DNA of 64,000 nt from a virus. Below the pieces are notes generated by a model. That model had not been told where the DNA came from. It did no database searches and saw only the letters and a program-made list of their open reading frames with translations. A program made the position numbers and the translations under genes. Positions 57,416-64,000 of the stretch are shown one piece after another; position 1 is the first letter of the stretch; each line of letters opens with the position of its first letter. The stretch is from positions 1-64,000 of IMG/VR virus record IMGVR_UViG_3300046167_000924; one strand, given 5' to 3'.

Positions 57416-57474
57416 TAAGAAAAAAAAGTAAAATAAAGCTTGACTTTCAACCAAAACTAGATTAGATTATATAT

Positions 57475-57750
57475 ATGATTAAGAATAAAACATTCATTGC
57501 AAGCGTTCATGTCTCTTCCCTCGATGGTGAAGCAATTTCCTTATGGAATAGTAATACCAAGTCATACATCGACATTGACAAGACACATCATGCAATCACT
57601 ATCGAAGCTGAAGATAAGCATGAAGTCAGAAGAAAAGTTGCTCGCATGATTCGCACACTTCAACCGAAATTGCAATTCCAAACAAGCATTCAACGCAAAG
57701 ATGGCGATAATGCACAATACTACATCCAAGAAATAAGAGAGAAGAAATAA
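57475..57750 (+). CDS. Early-region protein, paralog of 56167..56445
   Basis: MIK start; TTGACT-17-TAGATT-6-ATG. Confidence 0.7.
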   Translation: MIKNKTFIASVHVSSLDGEAISLWNSNTKSYIDIDKTHHAITIEAEDKHEVRRKVARMIRTLQPKLQFQTSIQRKDGDNAQYYIQEIREKK

Positions 57751-57794
57751 ACTTTTCTCTTGACTCGATCACAAAAATTTGCTTTAATAATAAA

Positions 57795-57950
57795 ATGATA
57801 AATGTATTCAGACACCCGAATTTTGCTAATTGGTTTAATGTCGTCTTTAATGGCGAGCTAATTGACGGAGCGAGAACGCACGCACAAGCTCTTGAAATAG
57901 CCAAGGAATTAAGCGTAAAGTACAGTTCGCCGATTCTTTCTTCTAAGTAA
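57795..57950 (+). CDS. Early-region small protein (51 aa)
   Basis: Hand-translated MINVFRHPNFANWFNVVFNGELIDG...; TTGACT-17-TTTAAT-6-ATG; stop in element 3. Confidence 0.6.
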   Translation: MINVFRHPNFANWFNVVFNGELIDGARTHAQALEIAKELSVKYSSPILSSK

Positions 57951-58020
57951 CTGAAGGTCAACGACTTAGGGTAAATCGCCCTAGCCGGTTTTGCATAACT
58001 CCTTGATAGTCAGCGACTTA
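57944..58020 (+). repeat. 77-bp two-box element 3
   Basis: Box 57944-57968, 27-nt spacer, box 57996-58020. Confidence 0.9.
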
Positions 58021-58126
58021 CAACAAAAGTAAAAATAATTAATCTTTTTTTAAAAAACGCTTGACTTTGCTCCATTTTCTGATACATTGTATATATAACA
58101 TTAAATTAATATAACAAAAATAAATT

Positions 58127-58252
58127 ATGAATTACGACATCTTGCTTCTTTTAACTTTTATTCCTGCTTTCTTCTTTATGTATAAATCTATGGCAGAAAA
58201 GAAAATTGATCTTTTTTCAGATGTGAGTAAAGAAAAGCTTGACACAAAATAA
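58127..58252 (+). CDS. Small membrane peptide (41 aa)
   Basis: MNYDILLLLTFIPAFFFMYK...; promoter TTGACT..TACATT upstream. Confidence 0.45.
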   Translation: MNYDILLLLTFIPAFFFMYKSMAEKKIDLFSDVSKEKLDTK

Positions 58253-58301
58253 AATTACTATAATATAAAAATTATAAATCAAATTGCTAAAAATAAAAAA
58301 T

Positions 58302-58847
58302 ATGAAAATTAAAATATCTGAAGCTTGGAATAAACATCATGGAAAAAACTCTGTAAAGAGTAACAGAACAGATCTCGATCTCGGAGATATGCTTAAAATC
58401 TCAGAGCAAGCACAAGTCAAGTCAGAGCTTGAGGGAATCGAAAAGCTAGAAAAGATGATCGAAGCAAAAAAGAAAGAGATTGCAAACATCAAAGAAAAAT
58501 ACAAAAGAATAAGAAACAAAATCGCCCACGATCCGAAAGTGAAAATGTTAACAGACAGAGAGGAAAGAAACTGCTTTCATCAATCAATTTCAAATCTTGG
58601 AGTAAGAAAAAAGAGTCTTGGATGCTCGCTCGATCAATTCAGAATATTCTTAGATGTTCAACTCGAAGACGGCAAGTCTTGGTCTAATTGGACAAATAAA
58701 AATGTAGACAACGCTTGGAACATTGACCACATACAAGAGCGACAAAGTGGCGGGGGCAATCATTGGTCAAACTTCGTACCTCGTGACAGAAAAGAAAATC
58801 TTAACAAGGGTAAACTTGAAAGTGCATTCAATCATTTCTTGAAATAA
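58302..58847 (+). CDS. HNH-like endonuclease with N-terminal coiled coil
   Basis: WNIDHI..GGGNHWSNFVP..ENLNKG. Confidence 0.65.
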   Translation: MKIKISEAWNKHHGKNSVKSNRTDLDLGDMLKISEQAQVKSELEGIEKLEKMIEAKKKEIANIKEKYKRIRNKIAHDPKVKMLTDREERNCFHQSISNLGVRKKSLGCSLDQFRIFLDVQLEDGKSWSNWTNKNVDNAWNIDHIQERQSGGGNHWSNFVPRDRKENLNKGKLESAFNHFLK

Positions 58848-58897
58848 TTCGCATTCACACTTGACAGAAACAAAAAAATAGATTAGATTAAATACAT

Positions 58898-59098
58898 ATG
58901 ACAGAAACATTACTACAAGAAAAAAGAAGGCTTCAAGCCATCATTGACGACAATAACGACGATGCAGAAAATGGATCTACCTCAGCTAAAATGTGCGTGA
59001 TCTCAGCTCAAGCAGATCTCGACAGAATTGCTCAGAGTGAGCTTGCTGAGTTCGTCGCCCACACTCCACTACCTGACCCTCTCATCATAGTTGACTAG
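58898..59098 (+). CDS. Early-region hypothetical protein
   Basis: TTGACA-17-TAGATT-8-ATG. Confidence 0.65.
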   Translation: MTETLLQEKRRLQAIIDDNNDDAENGSTSAKMCVISAQADLDRIAQSELAEFVAHTPLPDPLIIVD

Positions 59099-59100
59099 CG

Positions 59101-59177
59101 TAAAGCGTTAGTAATCAACAACTTAGGGTAAACCGCCCTCCGGAGTTTTCCGTAACTCGTTGAAAGATAACGACTTA
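59101..59177 (+). repeat. 77-bp two-box element 4
   Basis: Box 59101-59125, 27-nt spacer, box 59153-59177. Confidence 0.9.
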
Positions 59178-59306
59178 CAACAAAATCAATACAGATTCCG
59201 TGCCAACTTTGCAAGAAAATAGCAGTCGAATTGTGCAAAAACATAGTTGAAAGGTAAGTGAGAATAAATTTGACAAACCCCTTTTTATGTGTTACCTTGT
59301 AGGTAT

Positions 59307-59510
59307 ATGATTAAGACAAAAGAAACAATAATAAAAGAAATCGACTTCGGAACTAAGCTCGCACAAATGGAGGGAGCGATCGACTTTCTTCATTATATGC
59401 AAACAGAAAAAAAAGATTCCGACAGAACTTTGACCGAAGAAATGACCACCAAAGGACTTCTCGAAAAGGTTCAAGAGCTTAGAAAAATATTCAAAGAATT
59501 ACAAAAATAA
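59307..59510 (+). CDS. Early-region hypothetical protein
   Basis: Start reassigned to MIK ATG; TTGACA-17-TACCTT-8-ATG. Confidence 0.65.
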   Translation: MIKTKETIIKEIDFGTKLAQMEGAIDFLHYMQTEKKDSDRTLTEEMTTKGLLEKVQELRKIFKELQK

Positions 59511-59559
59511 TTCACTTTGTGCTTGCAATTTACGAAAAAATAGATTAAATTAAATACAT

Positions 59560-59748
59560 ATGATTAAGAAAATTAAATTCAAAAAAGGCGATGTTCTCAT
59601 CTCACGAGATAATAAAGTCTTTCAATTTATTCAAGCTACCAAGCACGACACGCTTGGAATTATCGCAATGGTTCGCCCATACAGAACCAATCGCAAGGTT
59701 GGCATCCGATTTGAGGATGTAAAAATTCATCCACTTTTTGCAAAATAA
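59560..59748 (+). CDS. Early-region small basic protein
   Basis: MIK start; TTGCAA-17-TAAATT-8-ATG. Confidence 0.65.
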   Translation: MIKKIKFKKGDVLISRDNKVFQFIQATKHDTLGIIAMVRPYRTNRKVGIRFEDVKIHPLFAK

Positions 59749-59787
59749 GTTTGACAAACTCACATAATTAATCCATAATACTAAAAT

Positions 59788-60075
59788 ATGAATAACATTG
59801 ATCTCATTCGCCAAGCAATCGAAAACGCAAAAGATGCACCTGTTTCTAAAGGTTTGTCTAGCTTCATTCAAGACATGAAAGCCGAAATTATGGCTGAGGA
59901 GTTGGTCGTTGAGCATGGCTTGCTCGAAGCAACTCAAAGAGATGTCGAGGATGAGGTTTCAGAATTGGCTTCATCCGAAGACAAAGCCGAAGAAGATGAT
60001 GACTTCGACAATGACGAAAACCTCCACGATATGGAGTCAGTCAGTCCATCTATGCGAGCAATCTTTGAAGATTGA
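59788..60075 (+). CDS. Early-region acidic protein
   Basis: TTGACA-17-CATAAT-8-ATG; D/E-rich C-terminus. Confidence 0.65.
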   Translation: MNNIDLIRQAIENAKDAPVSKGLSSFIQDMKAEIMAEELVVEHGLLEATQRDVEDEVSELASSEDKAEEDDDFDNDENLHDMESVSPSMRAIFED

Positions 60076-60112
60076 TCTCGACAAGTCGCCCTCAATATGG
60101 TATAATAATAGC

Positions 60113-60286
60113 ATGAACAAAGCAATAACAGAAAAAATTGATACATTAATCAGCACGCTTCAAGCGTTGACAATTCAAAGAGTCAATGCCTTGAGACTCG
60201 GCAAGCAAGAAGAAGCAAGCCAAATTCAAGCCGTGCAAATTGATATTGACAATAAAATTCAAGAGTTAGAAAGGTCAATGTCCTAG
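60113..60286 (+). CDS. Early-region coiled-coil protein (57 aa)
   Basis: Start reassigned; TCGACA-17-TATAAT-6-ATG. Confidence 0.6.
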   Translation: MNKAITEKIDTLISTLQALTIQRVNALRLGKQEEASQIQAVQIDIDNKIQELERSMS

Positions 60287-60404
60287 TGGATTTGTTAACA
60301 ATTATGATTATCGCATCGTTAATTGGAATTTTTAGAGGCTTAACTGATTGTGCCTTTTAATTGCACAATCCCTTTATAGGGCAAGAGAAAAGTTTAGTTT
60401 TTCC

Positions 60405-60481
60405 TAAGTTGTTGCAAGTCAATGACTTAGGGAAAGCCGCCCAAGGCTTTTTTTCGTAAGTCCTTAATTACAAGTGACTTA
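60405..60481 (+). repeat. 77-bp two-box element 5
   Basis: Box 60405-60429, 27-nt spacer, box 60457-60481. Confidence 0.9.
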
Positions 60482-60536
60482 CAACAGAATGAAAAAAAAG
60501 TTTGACAAAGCTGTACGATTTTGATAGATTACAATT

Positions 60537-60728
60537 ATGGAAAATAATGATTCACTCACTCGCCTCTCTCACGCCAACGGCATCACCGATGTCGATCTTG
60601 ACGAGCGTCAAGCAATCCTTGGCCAGCTTGTTCAAGACGAGCTGGAGGAGTCTGATCGTCAGGCTCTAAAACAATTCTCTGAAAATGAGGATATAGACTG
60701 GGGCTACCACGACCAATACGACTTTTAA
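60537..60728 (+). CDS. Early-region acidic protein
   Basis: TTGACA-17-TAGATT-6-ATG. Confidence 0.65.
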   Translation: MENNDSLTRLSHANGITDVDLDERQAILGQLVQDELEESDRQALKQFSENEDIDWGYHDQYDF

Positions 60729-60730
60729 CA

Positions 60731-60807
60731 TAAGTCGTTAAACATCAAGGGCTTAGGGAAAACCATCCTAGGCCTTTTTTCGCAAGTCGTTGATACTCAA
60801 CACATTC
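60731..60807 (+). repeat. 77-bp two-box element 6
   Basis: Box 60731-60755, 27-nt spacer, box 60783-60807; at convergence of the + and - gene blocks. Confidence 0.85.
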
Positions 60808-60852
60808 GGATTTCTTAGTTCAAATCATTATTTATGTATTTGTATTTGTTGT

Positions 60853-61029
60853 TTAAATATTTGGTATTTGCAACTTTACCGTTCGTTTGGTCAATTCAAT
60901 TGTATAAGGTGAATGTTCAGTTACTCGATCAAGATCTGATTCGAGGTTACGAATGGCGTTGACAATATAGTCGAGCGTGCCAACGATTCCGGCGGGCTCT
61001 CCGTTTTTAAGTATTTGGTAACTAGTCAT
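60853..61029 (-). CDS. Hypothetical protein
   Basis: MTSYQILKNGE... start overlapping upstream stop. Confidence 0.5.
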   Translation of the reverse strand: MTSYQILKNGEPAGIVGTLDYIVNAIRNLESDLDRVTEHSPYTIELTKRTVKLQIPNI

Positions 61030-61354
61030 TTTTTTGTTTATCTTGTTTTGTTTTCTGCAAAAGCTTTTCGTGTTGCACTCCATCTTGTTGAAATTGACTC
61101 ATCAACTTAGAAACTTGCATTCTATCCTGCCAACCAAGAACATCGTCAAAAGGTTGCAACGGAACAAAATCTCCACGCTGATTGAATACTGCGACTTCGT
61201 AAGTGTTTGGGTGATCTCCATAAAAACAAGTTCCACCTTCTACATTGGATACAACGCTAATAGCGTAACCATTATCGAAAGTTATACTTGCTTGGACTCC
61301 CAAATCTTTTGCACTAGAGTGAGGTTGAAAGTTCAAATCATCAAAGGTCTTCAT
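61022..61354 (-). CDS. Conserved phage hypothetical protein
   Basis: MKTFDDLNF..FDNGYAISVV..YEVAV..DDVLGW motif. Confidence 0.7.
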   Translation of the reverse strand: MKTFDDLNFQPHSSAKDLGVQASITFDNGYAISVVSNVEGGTCFYGDHPNTYEVAVFNQRGDFVPLQPFDDVLGWQDRMQVSKLMSQFQQDGVQHEKLLQKTKQDKQKND

Positions 61355-61541
61355 GGTAGATATATATTGGATTATTGTTGTGTGTGAGTGTTGCGTGTTT
61401 TACGAATGTTTTACTTGAGATGTTCTTCTCGAATGTTGCTTGCGAGATAAAGACATCGGTCTGCTCGGTCTTCTTCTCTGCTTTAATAAGGACAACGCAT
61501 CCGTCTTTGCTTTTGGTAATTAGATGTTTTTCTTTGTTCAT
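61341..61541 (-). CDS. Hypothetical protein
   Basis: 66 aa ORF in a tightly packed operon. Confidence 0.6.
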   Translation of the reverse strand: MNKEKHLITKSKDGCVVLIKAEKKTEQTDVFISQATFEKNISSKTFVKHATLTHNNNPIYIYHEDL

Positions 61542-61784
61542 TTAGTTTCTGTAATGAGATGAGTCTTGCGATTCTGTGAGAGTTTCGTAAGCGTGAGCTT
61601 TTTGAGCGATGCACTTTAACGCACTACCAACTACATTTAACATTGAAAGTTGATCATTGTCAAGCATATTCTTGTCGGTCATAGGCTCGATCATATTGTC
61701 ATGGATGAATGCCATAACTAATTCGTTTGCTTCGAGCGAGTCAACATCTTGGACTTGCAAGTGGTTTGGGTCGTTAAGATACAT
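61542..61784 (-). CDS. Hypothetical protein
   Basis: 80 aa ORF in a tightly packed operon. Confidence 0.6.
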   Translation of the reverse strand: MYLNDPNHLQVQDVDSLEANELVMAFIHDNMIEPMTDKNMLDNDQLSMLNVVGSALKCIAQKAHAYETLTESQDSSHYRN

Positions 61785-61899
61785 AAGTCAATTTGGTTTT
61801 GTGTTTTAGTTTTCTGTCAAGAATTTTGTTTTTCATCTTGAAAGGGCGAGCTTTTGTAAAGAGAATGGATTGTCTTATCTTAATTTTTTTCGCTTTCAT
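61774..61899 (-). CDS. Small basic protein (41 aa)
   Basis: MKAKKIKIRQSILFTKARPFK...; TTGACT-16-CATACT-7-ATG. Confidence 0.6.
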   Translation of the reverse strand: MKAKKIKIRQSILFTKARPFKMKNKILDRKLKHKTKLTYVS

Positions 61900-61961
61900 A
61901 ATTAATAGTATGACAGAATTTTTTGTGAAGTCAAGTGTTTTTTTAGTGAATAATAAAATGA

Positions 61962-62065
61962 TACCAAACACGGAGGGAGTCGAACCCACAAGAGTATAAT
62001 TAGGACTGCAATCCGCACCTCTCTTAATCACCACTAATTTGCAGATTAGTTTGATCGTGTTGGTA
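61962..62065 (-). ncRNA. tRNA-like structured RNA
   Basis: Terminal stem TACCAA-CACG/CGTG-T-TTGGTA, T-arm GTGGG-TTCGACT-CCCTC, two hairpins with YTGCAR hexaloops; own promoter TTGACT-16-CATACT; no CCA. Confidence 0.55.
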
Positions 62066-62130
62066 AGTATTAGTATGTCAGAATCTCAAACTAAGTCAAC
62101 CCCTAAATGCAAAAAAAATGAAAATAGTTG

Positions 62131-62207
62131 CAAGCTCTTGATGCTCAATGACTTGCGCGAAAACGCCCAGGGCTTTTTGCCCTAACTAGTTCATAGCCAA
62201 CAGTTTA
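62131..62207 (-). repeat. 77-bp two-box element 7 (inverted)
   Basis: Boxes 62131-62155 and 62183-62207, 27-nt spacer reads GGGCAAAAAGCCCTGGGCGTTTTCGCG on minus. Confidence 0.85.
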
Positions 62208-62287
62208 TGACATCTGCATAAATACATAATAAAATGTATGCACTAAAGGTTAATAAAATTGATGTAAATAATAATGCTTTAATCATT

Positions 62288-62455
62288 TTAATATCCTAAC
62301 CATTCCAATACTTTTTGTGCATTATACTCTTCTTTGTCGCCCATGTCCAAAATAAATTGATGAATATCTTGGCAACCATGTTTTGAGAGTTCCTCAAACG
62401 CTCTTGTTTGGCTAATCATTAAATCTTCGGCTGAATCGTAATATGTTTCACTCAT
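62288..62455 (-). CDS. Small phage protein (55 aa)
   Basis: Hand-translated MSETYYDSAEDL...DMGDKEEYNAQKVLEWLGY; ATGA overlap with upstream gene. Confidence 0.65.
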   Translation of the reverse strand: MSETYYDSAEDLMISQTRAFEELSKHGCQDIHQFILDMGDKEEYNAQKVLEWLGY

Positions 62456-63174
62456 GAGTTTATCCCTTCCTTTACAAATCCTGTACTATCCTTTTTTGCC
62501 ATACCTTTCTCGATAAGACCAACGACCACACCTTGCTTGTCTAAAAAGCGAAGGTCATTATCATCGCCATTGATAACTTCAAAACCTTGCCAAGTTTTAG
62601 GTAATTGATTGCGAAACACTACGGCAACATTGCCACCCATGCCCAAAACCATTTTGCCAAGTTTCTGATTGGTTTCGGAAAGTGAGAAAGTTAAATGGTA
62701 GTTACTTGGCAATTCTCCATGAATAAATTGTTTCATCCGTTCAAATGACTTTGTATAGTCATAAAATTGAATTGACGGAAACTTATCAAAGATTGACTTT
62801 GGCTGATCTTCGCTGAAGAAAACAGATTCCCAAGCGATGTCGCTTGTAAGGTTAAGTCTGAAGACGGACTTCATTCCTTTCTTTGTAGATGTCTTAATTG
62901 AATTAGAAATTTCCTTTGATAACTTTGCAAGAAAATCCAACTGCTGAGTAAAAAACAATTTTGTCTTTGCTATGCGAGACTTTTGGATTGAGTCCATGCG
63001 ACCACGACCAGCAGTGTTAAGGCAAGAAGCAGTGCAACCTTTACTTCGCCAACGACAAACTTCGAAGCCCGAAAGTTGAGCAGGAGCGAGGTGAATTCCT
63101 TTAGTTGTATAGCCTAGCTTTTCGCCTTTGACTATCTTTGCGTTTCCTTGAGTGAGTAGTGTTGTCTTAATCAT
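62452..63174 (-). CDS. Gp88-like phage protein
   Basis: NAK..K..LAPA..SG.EVC..GC..SCL..AGRG, FRLNLTSDI.W, FYDYTK, NYHLTFS, DGD..DLRFLD motifs; MIK start after TTGACT-16-CATAAT-7. Confidence 0.7.
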   Translation of the reverse strand: MIKTTLLTQGNAKIVKGEKLGYTTKGIHLAPAQLSGFEVCRWRSKGCTASCLNTAGRGRMDSIQKSRIAKTKLFFTQQLDFLAKLSKEISNSIKTSTKKGMKSVFRLNLTSDIAWESVFFSEDQPKSIFDKFPSIQFYDYTKSFERMKQFIHGELPSNYHLTFSLSETNQKLGKMVLGMGGNVAVVFRNQLPKTWQGFEVINGDDNDLRFLDKQGVVVGLIEKGMAKKDSTGFVKEGINS

Positions 63175-63247
63175 GTATTCCATTATGACAGAATAAGGTG
63201 TGAAGTCAACCCCTAAATGCAAAAAAAGTAAAAAAAGTTTTGTTGCG

Positions 63248-63324
63248 GATGTCGTTGATACGCAAAGGCTTACGAAAAAAAGCCTAGGCCCGTTTTCCAT
63301 AACTGCCTGGCCTGCAACGACTTA
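63248..63324 (-). repeat. 77-bp two-box element 8 (inverted)
   Basis: Boxes 63248-63272 and 63300-63324, 27-nt spacer. Confidence 0.8.
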
Positions 63325-63344
63325 CGAAACAATAATTCAAGATG

Positions 63345-63370
63345 CAAAAAAGCCTCCCCGAAGGGAGGCT
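63345..63370 (-). terminator. Rho-independent terminator
   Basis: Minus strand AGCCTCCC-TTCG-GGGAGGCT-TTTTTT. Confidence 0.85.
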
Positions 63371-63397
63371 TGAGCCTACTCGTTTCCGAGCTTGCGA

Positions 63398-63628
63398 TTA
63401 ACCAACTGACCTCTTAAAAGATTTGTTAGCACAAGTCGCACGAAGAACATGGCGACGATTAACTCGACGATTTGCTCCATTCATGTCCGAAAACATAACA
63501 TGACGAGAAGTCACGCTATTGACTTTAGCAGAGAAGACCTTGCGTTGCTCACCTTGCTTGACAAGAAGAGAAACGAAACGACCTTTGAGACTATCAACTA
63601 CATTTTTGAGTTTTGCTTGATTTTTCAT
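63398..63628 (-). CDS. Small basic hypothetical protein
   Basis: 76 aa, beta-rich. Confidence 0.6.
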   Translation of the reverse strand: MKNQAKLKNVVDSLKGRFVSLLVKQGEQRKVFSAKVNSVTSRHVMFSDMNGANRRVNRRHVLRATCANKSFKRSVG

Positions 63629-63675
63629 AATTTTAATTTTTGTTAGGTTTGTGTTTTGGTTTTGATTAAGAATGA

Positions 63676-64000
63676 TTACTTTACAAGTGCGACTTCGGAG
63701 TCAAGAACACCATGCAATGCGAGAGAACGATTTGGTAAGGCATGAACTCCACCTTTAAGGACATGAGTAAAGCCGTTATACAATGAGTGCATATTCCGAG
63801 CAGAAAAGTCATCATGTTCGGGTTTGTGCCATTGCTCAACTACATCAGCGATTTTGCCCTTGCTGATAGCACCATTTTGAAAAGCACGGATAACAAGGTC
63901 ATGGGCTTGCTCGTTGCCAAGTTCGTACTCTTTGTACGCTTCGATGCGTTTCTCATCGCTTGCCCATGTCTCAGTCATCTTGCCGAGAGTGCGAGCGATA
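63676..64000 (-). CDS. DUF932-like protein, C-terminal part (5' end outside window)
   Basis: Frame open to window edge; W..P.H..F..RN..SLYN.FT..LK motif. Confidence 0.55.
   Translation of the reverse strand, partial: IARTLGKMTETWASDEKRIEAYKEYELGNEQAHDLVIRAFQNGAISKGKIADVVEQWHKPEHDDFSARNMHSLYNGFTHVLKGGVHALPNRSLALHGVLDSEVALVK

Noticed and set aside
55754-63324. 77-bp elements as a CRISPR array
   Set aside because: Copies are degenerate and separated by 0.25-1.4 kb containing whole genes, and no cas genes are present.

Overview
64-kb AT-rich segment of a large tailed dsDNA phage, with no rRNA or core bacterial housekeeping operons. The host is most likely a PVC-superphylum bacterium (Verrucomicrobia/Planctomycetes), inferred from a DUF1549/DUF1553-DUF1501 pair and an Opitutae-like W-rich domain. 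It contains a glycosylation module (GT25-pyruvyltransferase fusion, 2x DUF2827, gmd, fcl), portal, terminase, prohead protease and major capsid genes (41.9-44.3 kb carries several frameshifts, probably sequence errors), a bacterial-type replisome (RecA, DnaB, primase, DnaE split into PHP/exonuclease/polymerase genes), NrdAB, ClpC, PhoH, a sigma factor and two tRNAs. The region 54.9-64 kb is an early-type region of tiny genes, most with their own sigma70 promoter. Most notable: (1) eight 77-bp elements with invariant 25-27-25 architecture (two palindromic TAAGT-N15-ACTTA boxes around a terminator-like hairpin) punctuate the early region and flip orientation with transcription; (2) a phage-borne DUF1549/1553-DUF1501-vWA envelope module sits under phage late-type motifs; (3) apparently leaderless expression occurs genome-wide from two promoter classes (sigma70, and a GTGTA motif probably read by the phage sigma); (4) a separately promoted tRNA-like RNA. 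All family assignments are from motif recognition by eye; no database searches were run.
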